Below are positions 55,781 to 64,000 of a stretch of 64,000 nucleotides of DNA, piece by piece. A program made the translations under genes and the position numbers. Positions within the stretch are counted from its first letter, which is position 1. Every line of letters starts with the position of its first letter. The DNA is taken from contig CM120648.1 of assembly GCA_051362555.1 (NCBI GenBank), forward strand, positions 11,342,587-11,406,586. The letters are read 5' to 3'. Source of the DNA: Lingula anatina (lineage: Eukaryota > Animalia > Brachiopoda). The notes under the pieces were generated by a model. It was not told where the DNA came from, made no database searches, and was given only the letters and a program-made list of their open reading frames with translations.

Positions 55781-58700
55781 TATATTATTATTTGTTTTTG
55801 TAGAGCCGAGAGAGGTCATTTACTGCTGCTATCACTGATGAAATTGCATGATTTACAATTCCATTTTTTCTGTGCTCAGATATTGAGATGTGCTAAAAGT
55901 GAGAAATTTGTGTTTGTGGTTATATTTCTTAATAAACAAGGTAGTCAGACCAATTCCAAAATAGCATTATCCATTCCTGTCTAGAGGCGAGTAATGATCA
56001 TGTTTCGTAGTGGCATGTCAGTTTTATATACATTTAGAAGAAGGTTGTGTTTGCTGAGTGATTATGTTTTAATGTAGTAAATATGTTTGAACCTCCAGCT
56101 GTTCCAGCACAGTGTATACCATTACTTGATAATAGTGAACTTGTGTGGCTAATGCTATTAGTTTTCCACTTGGTTAAAAAAGTCTGTACTGTGATATATG
56201 CTTGTAAATATGACCTAGGGTAAAAATCTTGTGATTTTAAATGTCAGTTTTTGATGTTTTCCCAATCATGTTGTTTTGTGGTAGATCACAAATTTTTCAC
56301 CACTCATTCTTGTTCAGAACATGTTAGCAGCTAGTTTGTTGAGACTGAACACAATACAGTGTTGTGATTGCGACCAGTTGTCACAACAAACACAATCGTG
56401 ATTGAAAATCTGTCAGTGAATGTTTTCCTTCAAATTTCTGTTCACTCTGTACTTGAAGTTGTAGGATGTTTTGTAAGGTTCCACATCGAATATTGGTCCA
56501 TCCCAAAGTCACAGAACACACTCTACCAACATGACTATTTTGTGTATTCATTTATTTATAAACATGCTATAAATGATTTCTTTAGAATTAGTAAGTCTGA
56601 AGTGCATGGGAGCTGTTACTCAACCCCCCGTTCCATAATATAACTTATGGCCTATGCATGTATTAGCCCTAACATTACAAATCAACAGTTTGAAAACAGA
56701 ATTTGCAGTAAAGATGTTATATACAAATGCAAGTTATTGAAGGCACTACATGGTATTTTATATTTTGTGGCTACTTTATATTTGTCACATTTTCAATGTT
56801 CTCAGTTATTTGTATAGAAATGCCCACAGTCAATATCATAGAAATCTGCACCACCAAATATTGCTTTCCCAGCCATTGCTGTCTCTTATTACTTGTTGAT
56901 ATGATAAATTAGTTTACCAATTTACAAGTATATGTAAGAAAATATATATCATGTAAAAGAAATGAATTTATATGTGTATGTTGCATGTATGAACATAGAT
57001 TTGTTTTACTTAGTTTAATTTTGTTAAGATTTGTGTTTCTGTAAGTGTAAACAAATGCTTTCGTGTGTATTTCCTGGAATACTATGAGTCCTATTTTTTA
57101 TATATTAAAGTATGTATTTTGTTCTTCAGTCTTTGTCAGATAGTTTTGGTGTGTAATGCCTACTTAATGGCATGGAGTGTATTTTAAGGTGCCCAAGTTT
57201 TTAAATAAGCCTTCAGGAATATCTTGAAGACATTGGTATTTTTTAGGAATAGAATAAATACTGCTGCTATAAAATTGAATTTTTTTACAAAATTAAAGAG
57301 CAAAGTATGTATGGCTTTGATCATCTATTTTAAGCCATGGCAGTGAAGATTGGCTTGTCATTTGGAGGATGTTTTTTTAACTTGGAACTTGAAAGAATTT
57401 AGGGTGACTAGAAATTTTAGAAATTTATTCTGAATTATATAATAATCATTTTGTGTAGTAAGTATAGGTTTAACGTGCCACATTTTATTAGTCTCTTCAT
57501 AATAAAACTGTTTAAGGGTAAATATTTTTAATTCATTAGATATAAATGGTATTTTGTATATTCTACTGAGAATCATGCTACATCTACTTAAAGACAGTTT
57601 AAGCTTTATATTTGATTGATAGGTGATAACCCAAAGTTAGAGATGTCATTGTTCACAATTGTACTTGTATATTTAAATAAATGCAATCATGTATTTTGAG
57701 ACGCTTGTGTCGAAATGCAATCTACATGAAAATTATCCATAACATGACATCCTCATTGAAATTTGGAGAAAAAAGAATCAGACCCTTATCCGTGTAAAGC
57801 TTTAATTAGTTATTGTAATGGCCCTAGGTTTATAGTGGGAAACATCTTAAGGCTGTGAATTTTCCTTTAAATTTGTCTCGGACAACACAATTTTTATCTC
57901 TCTAAAACCAAGACGGAAACGGAAGACGTCCAAAACTGCACTTGGTTAGGACCGTCTTGTAACCCGAGGCTGACGGAAATGATCAGTTCCGCCGCCTGGT
58001 GGCGGATAATGAATTTTGAAGCTCACCTCATAACCTCGACATATCCTTGCGCGGGTGGAAATGAGGGACTGTAAACAAAGCTGTTCCCGCAGTTCCTCCC
58101 CCTTATTTGTTGTGCTAGAGCACGTACAGGGACTGTCTCCAAATTCATGAACAATAAGGAAGCTTTCTGTCTCATTTCACATTCCCCAAGAAGGCAGACA
58201 ATACGTAGGCCCTACTGAACCCTTTTAAACCACTGCTTTTAAACAAAGAAAAAAATTGAATGTTTCCCGGAAATTGGAACAATTGCTATTTGCGACCAAG
58301 TATGCCCTATCCCAGACCTTTGAAAAATAGGAAGGATTTTCGCCTGTTTTTCGTGCTCTTTATTTTCCGTTTTTAACCACCACAAATTCCCCAGCACCCA
58401 TCTACAGTGGCGGACTTAGGGCGGGGGGGGGGGGGGGGGGGGAGGGGGGGGGGGTTCTGACCCCTCTTCGATTTCTCAAAAAATCACACCAATGACTAGG
58501 TGAATCAAAATTTTAAACCGTACCAAATGGCACCGTTCGCCCTCTAAACTACCTTAATTTTTCGGTTCCCTTCACCGGACCCCGCATCCCACGCCAAAGG
58601 GGGGGGGGGGGGGGTAGTCGGCTTCGCATCCGCGACCCCCCCCCCCTTTCAAATAACCCTCGATCCGTCCCTGCATCAGCTTGAGGCCTACGAGAGTGGC

Positions 58701-60496
58701 TGAAAAAATGAAACCTAGAACTCAAAATCATTTTAAAGATCCTTATTTTTTCAACAGTTTATTAATGGTATATATTTCCAGGCAAATTTCATTTTGCTTT
58801 GTTCATAGGCCTACCTGGCGCTTAGTGGGTGACTCAAAACTTCACTTGCCTCTTACATATTTTATATTTCCTCTACGCCCCCTGAAAATACAATTCTACC
58901 TTGGCGCGCGTCGGAAATGAATAGCAAAGCGAAATACGTTGAATTTAGTTCTATCGCACCTTATCTCCTTCACTTTGAGACGCTCCCCTCAGAAGACCAT
59001 TTCTATCCGATTTAACCGACCTGGATAGCCCGGTATCAGTATTGTAACAAGTTTACCACCGTTATCTTCCCGAAGACGGTCAGATTGTTTCCACTCCAAC
59101 CTTGTCCTGACAGCAGTGAACGACCACTCGGGAATTCTGCGACACTGAGAGATTGTCATATTATGTCACTTGTGGGTAGGCTTCGTTTTTCAACCAGTGA
59201 GTTTTCATGAACGTATACAATGTACAATATGAATTACGAAAATGCACTTTAATCTGTAATGTAGGCCTACTTCAGGTATACTTCGATGTTGAACTGGAGA
59301 TACCAGTCGCCTACATGGCTTCGGTGAAAGGAATGACAGAGATACGGAGGTGACATGCGACATTACGAGATCAGAAGGCTTTATTATTATTTCCAAGCTG
59401 TTAAAATGCGTGATATTGTGAACAGTGAAAATAAGCCGCATCCGACGTCTTTGTAGGCCTCGGCTGAGTTACAACGTAACGTTTTCTAGCTGTTATCTTT
59501 CTGGAGATTGGCGGCTTGTCAACATCGAAGTTGTCACAGGAGGCGGGTGAGGTCAGGCAGTCTGATAATGTCAACCACGTGAAATACTGATGACAATCCT
59601 CCGTGACATAACGACGTCGTGATCTCTTTAGTGAGACGTAAGTATTAGTGCCTATTTGTAATTGGAATATTTGCTTGTTCTGTGAGCTACTTCACATTAT
59701 ATTGGACCGATTATTGAGAAACTGATCCATCTCGAAGCACCAAAATTGTTATAATATCACTGCAAGTTAAATTTTAACTTCATGTGTCATTTTTATGAGT
59801 ATCAGCAAAGACGGAATTCAGTGACACGGCGATTTTGCTAATTTTTGCGTAAACAGTCAAAACGTCTTAGGGCACTGGTTGCAATATATATGCTGCTTAA
59901 CATTAGTTAGTCATATAGGACTATACAAGTGCTTTTGTCGAAAAAAAAACGTTAGCGGCGAGTAACTGGCGCAAAATACTGATTTTAATCCCGTTTTCGA
60001 CACTTTTCCTTTAAATACCCACTGTTCCCACTTATTAATTCATTCAAATATTAATTCATGTATCAGAACGCGTTGTTCAGACCAATTTCGATATCATTTA
60101 AAGTACAGGAGTACGGGAGCACTTTGCTTGGCACGGGAGTACTTTGATACCGTCATCTTCGCTCAGGTGACTTCAAGGACGCCCCCCCCCCCCCCCCCGA
60201 ACAAAAACGAGTTCTGCGACACCATAACACTTAGACACATAGATAGATAAGTGATTCTAACATGATCAGAGAGAACGTAAATTGCGAACACAATCATACA
60301 AATTAAACAGCCATATGAACAAACACGTAGAAGCACTTTCCACGCACCTTTATGACAAATAATTCTGCGAAGTCGGGATGAGCATACAGTGATGCACATT
60401 TATAGTTATTCCATTTGCTACTTGATACGTCGGGACTTACAGTACATCACGCGTAGGCTTTCTTTTCCTAATGTTATCTACAGAACTGAAATCTAA

Positions 60497-60713
60497 GAAG
60501 GCATTCCCAGAGATTTTTAGATCGATCTTACTAGATCGACCTAACTCCCTGGGGGTTCACGCTAAATTGCTGTCAACCGACTGCGCATGGAAGTTAATTT
60601 CCCCCTTACAGCTTTTAGTAGGCGGGACAGACGCTTAAGCCGGTTTAGCTGACAGTAATCAAGTGAGACTCCCAACGGGGATAGATCGATATAAAATCTA
60701 TAGGAATGCGCAC
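60497..60713. mobile_element. Harbinger-type MITE with TAA flanks
   Basis: GCATTCCCAGAGATTTTTAGATCGATC...GATCGATATAAAATCTATAGGAATGC. Its 3' half matches 10167-10262. Confidence 0.65.
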
Positions 60714-61777
60714 TAAGATGGAGTATTCTTTGCGGGCACATCTTCAACCGACGTCTTGTCAAGGGACTAAAACACAAAACGAGTTCCACTGATTAAACTG
60801 CAATTTTAAATGCATTGCCTTCATGTTTTAAAGGGGAATCTGGACCAACGTCCCTTCTCTTCTGCATGGCACTATAACCATGTAAAATATATGGTTACCA
60901 TGTTCTTCCATGCTCCGACCCAGGTATGAATGACATTACACAAAACTACAGGTAGGTGATCAAATTATTGGAACAACGTGAACCTCACCACTAGCATCAG
61001 AGCACTATCAGAAACAGAAACAATGGCAGATCCTAGGGTGGGGTTGTGCTTGGGGTGGGGGTCGGGTCGGGGTGGGCTGAGTGGACCATGTACATCTCCC
61101 CTTTAGCTCTGGCGCCCGGGGTACCCCCTACTCACCCTTACTCCTCCTATATAGTAGGCCTATAATAATCGAAACGATGCAAAACTCCCATACGTGTGCC
61201 GGCATGTTACAGTGGATTGGTTCTTGTCTACTATTTTGTACTTGCCTCGCTTCGCTGTGCAGAAAAATTAACCTTGTATCCCCCCTCCGTACAAAATCCT
61301 AGATCCGCCATTATGGACAGAGTCTAAAATTTGGTTAGTCGTGTTACCAAGACGGTTACGACAACCATACTGCGTTACGCTCTAAATAGCACGTAAAACG
61401 CGTCAACACAATTCTGTAGAGAGTGAATTGAAAGTGACGCATTTTGAACCCCCCCTCCCTCCAAAAATAACAGTATAACAAGCGAAGCAATTAAATATAA
61501 TAATAATAATAATAATAATAATAAGAAGATGATGATGAATTGGAAAAATTAAAAAATAAATAAAAAACTAAGCCATTTTCAACCCCGTGCACATATGTAA
61601 CTTAAATTGTCCTTGTGTTGTGTTTAATTCTTGCCGAGGGAAGGCATTCACAATTTACTTAATCTTGTGCTTCTCCACTCCTCCCCCCCCCCAGCCACTC
61701 TTACCGAAATATTGGATCCCCCGTGTAGTCATGGTATATTGTAATTAACCCGTGTAGTCATGGTATATTGTAATTAA

Positions 61778-61829
<52 letters not shown>

Positions 61830-63432
61830 TTAAATAAGTAGAGAAATCGAAAAATACATTTGATACATTTTTGGCTCTCTACACAAGAAACGTCTGACAT
61901 ACATGTATATCAATATTGATAATAATAATAATAATGCACAAAAATAACGCTATAAATAAAATTACAGGGAGTATATCTTAATGGAAATTACAACAATTCA
62001 CAAAACAATGGTATATATCAAATCTATAGGAAACACATTGCTGTAATTTTAAGAGCCATTAACAAAAACACTTGGAATGATATTTTATCTCTAAGTGGTT
62101 CACACTTTTCCAACATTTTGCGTATACAGATTTTAGACTTGGTTCACAGGATGGGTCAAGTAGAATTTCTTAATTTTGCCTACTTCCTGCAAGTTTTCTT
62201 CCCCCTTAAATTGGCAGGGGCTTTAGCATAGCTTGTCGGTCTAGATAAGCATAAATGTACGCACACGTTGGTTTTTGTTTCACGCATGTTTGTTACACGG
62301 GGTATACAACTCTAACAGCTTATCGTGCGTTAATCATATAATTTGTTCCATTTCTGTTTCTTGGAGATTGTTAATCTGTCATTGCTACAGCCAGCTATAT
62401 TAAAAGTTTTATAAAATTTGTCACAGCGGATTTTAAGAAAATGACTTCAAAACATTTCAAAGTTAAAAAAAAACAAAAAACAAGAGTTTATCTGTTGCTA
62501 GCTAGAAGAAAACATTTTCGTCTGATTGGAAATCGGAGTTAATCAGTCTTATTTTTGCTAGGTTTTGTGTAAATGCCATGGAGATTAATTATGATGTGTA
62601 TGGCTTAATTTTTAACTTATTCCATTTTGAGATTTTACCATTGAAAAATTTTCAAATTTGTTTTTGATTTTTTTTTTCATTCCACGTCACCAACTGATTG
62701 AGCTTCGTGCTTTTATTTTTTTATTACTAGCGAGCACCTTTTTTCTAAAAAATGTCTCAATTGAACTGTCTCTGCCTGTCTAAATTCTTAATCATACCAT
62801 GCATAAGCTCTTGTTACGAGTAGTTGTTCATGTTTAATAAAACATAATGAGCACTTGCTTCACTATATAACCATGTAGTTTGGGAATCTGCCAAGATATC
62901 CCTGGATGCACTTTCACCTTACCGAGCGTAAGCCCCCCTCTCTCAACCCCCCTTCTCCCCCCCCCCCCCCCCCCCCCCGCCACTGAGAACAATACCCCAT
63001 CCCCATCCCCGTCACCATATGACAGACTATCACATGCTTGAGATCTTCCCTGCATGGGTGACCTAGATATTCGGGAAGCGTCAGTTATTTCAGCACTCTG
63101 AATAAAACGTTCACTGAACCAAATCGAGCGCAATTGTAACTTAGATAATGATGAGAGAAGGAAGGAGACAAAAATGACTCATAAGTAAAAAAAAAAAAAA
63201 AACATCGCTTGTCCACAGACAATACTATGAGCGTGAAGCCGGCGTTGAACAGTGATGCAATGATTTAAAAACCAATTATCATCATGAGTAAGAGATTACC
63301 CAAAGGGACCCAAAACTGTTCACATGGTTTAATACATGTATCCCGGCTTGGGTAGGGATTTTTAAAGTAAAATTTCTTCCTACCGTCTCGTCCTATATAT
63401 TGCTGTAGGGTGTGGTTGATTTTTCAAAAACT

Positions 63433-63484
<52 letters not shown>

Positions 63485-63557
63485 GGGGGGGGGTGAGAGG
63501 TAGAATTATCATAAGCAGCAAGAGTCTTGTTTGGTAAGCAAGAATGTTACATAATAA

Positions 63558-63722
63558 GGGACCGTTCACATGGAAAGTCTATTTTCTAAAAATCGCAGGG
63601 AGTAACTGGCTCGCGCTGCCAGTAATTACGCCGCGGGGTATTCAGGGCACAGACCGTGATCACAAGATACCGCAAATAGAAAATAGATTTTTAGAAAATA
63701 GACTTTCCATGTGAACGGTCCC
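63558..63722. mobile_element. PIF/Harbinger-type MITE, family A, copy 4 (internal deletion)
   Basis: TAA|GGGACCGTTCACATGG...CCATGTGAACGGTCCC|TAA. Confidence 0.85.
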
Positions 63723-64000
63723 TAAGTCCTTACTTATTTTTAGGTGAAATAATTTTCTAGGAACGTACCAACAAAAGATATTGATTCCAGGAAAATGGTG
63801 CACGTTAATACTTCAGCCTCCAGGGAGAAGTATAATGGAGCTGTACATCAAACATGTTACCTCGTCGTGCACTCTTCTCCGTAATTAAAAGCAATAATTA
63901 TCATCCTGGTACACTGTACCGCCTGTCATTTGGAAAGGGCAAAAACAGGGCATATGCAGTGGCTCCCCCTATGTCTATGTAAAAAAACTTGAACTAATAA

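Overview
AT-rich, intron-containing genomic DNA from an invertebrate animal (lophotrochozoan-like; the species cannot be determined from the sequence). Three protein-coding genes can be reconstructed by hand. (1) A 6-exon NmrA-like redox sensor (NMRAL1/HSCARG family, minus strand, 8845->4415, about 300 aa). (2) A family-B/adhesion-type GPCR with an intronless ORF and an N-terminal somatomedin-B-like domain (plus strand, 21115-23943). (3) An activated Cdc42 kinase with 13 coding exons (ACK/TNK2, plus strand, 36708-55577, about 1128 aa). Four identical tRNA-Gly(GCC) genes lie in a diverged tandem array of ~1.1-1.3 kb units that is split by the NMRAL1 gene. The rest is rich in non-autonomous DNA transposons (Harbinger-type MITEs, a CACTA-like element, a 9-bp-TSD element), retroelement fragments, minisatellites and microsatellites. 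The most unusual observations are: a 53-bp tandem array that multiplies the 5' splice site of the last ACK kinase exon eight times; a minimal Penelope-type hammerhead ribozyme whose inverted, core-deleted copies bracket the tRNA cluster; inverted intronic minisatellites around a frame-symmetric block of ACK exons; and a possible 1-bp frameshift at the GPCR C-terminus. All alignments were made by eye and no database searches were run.
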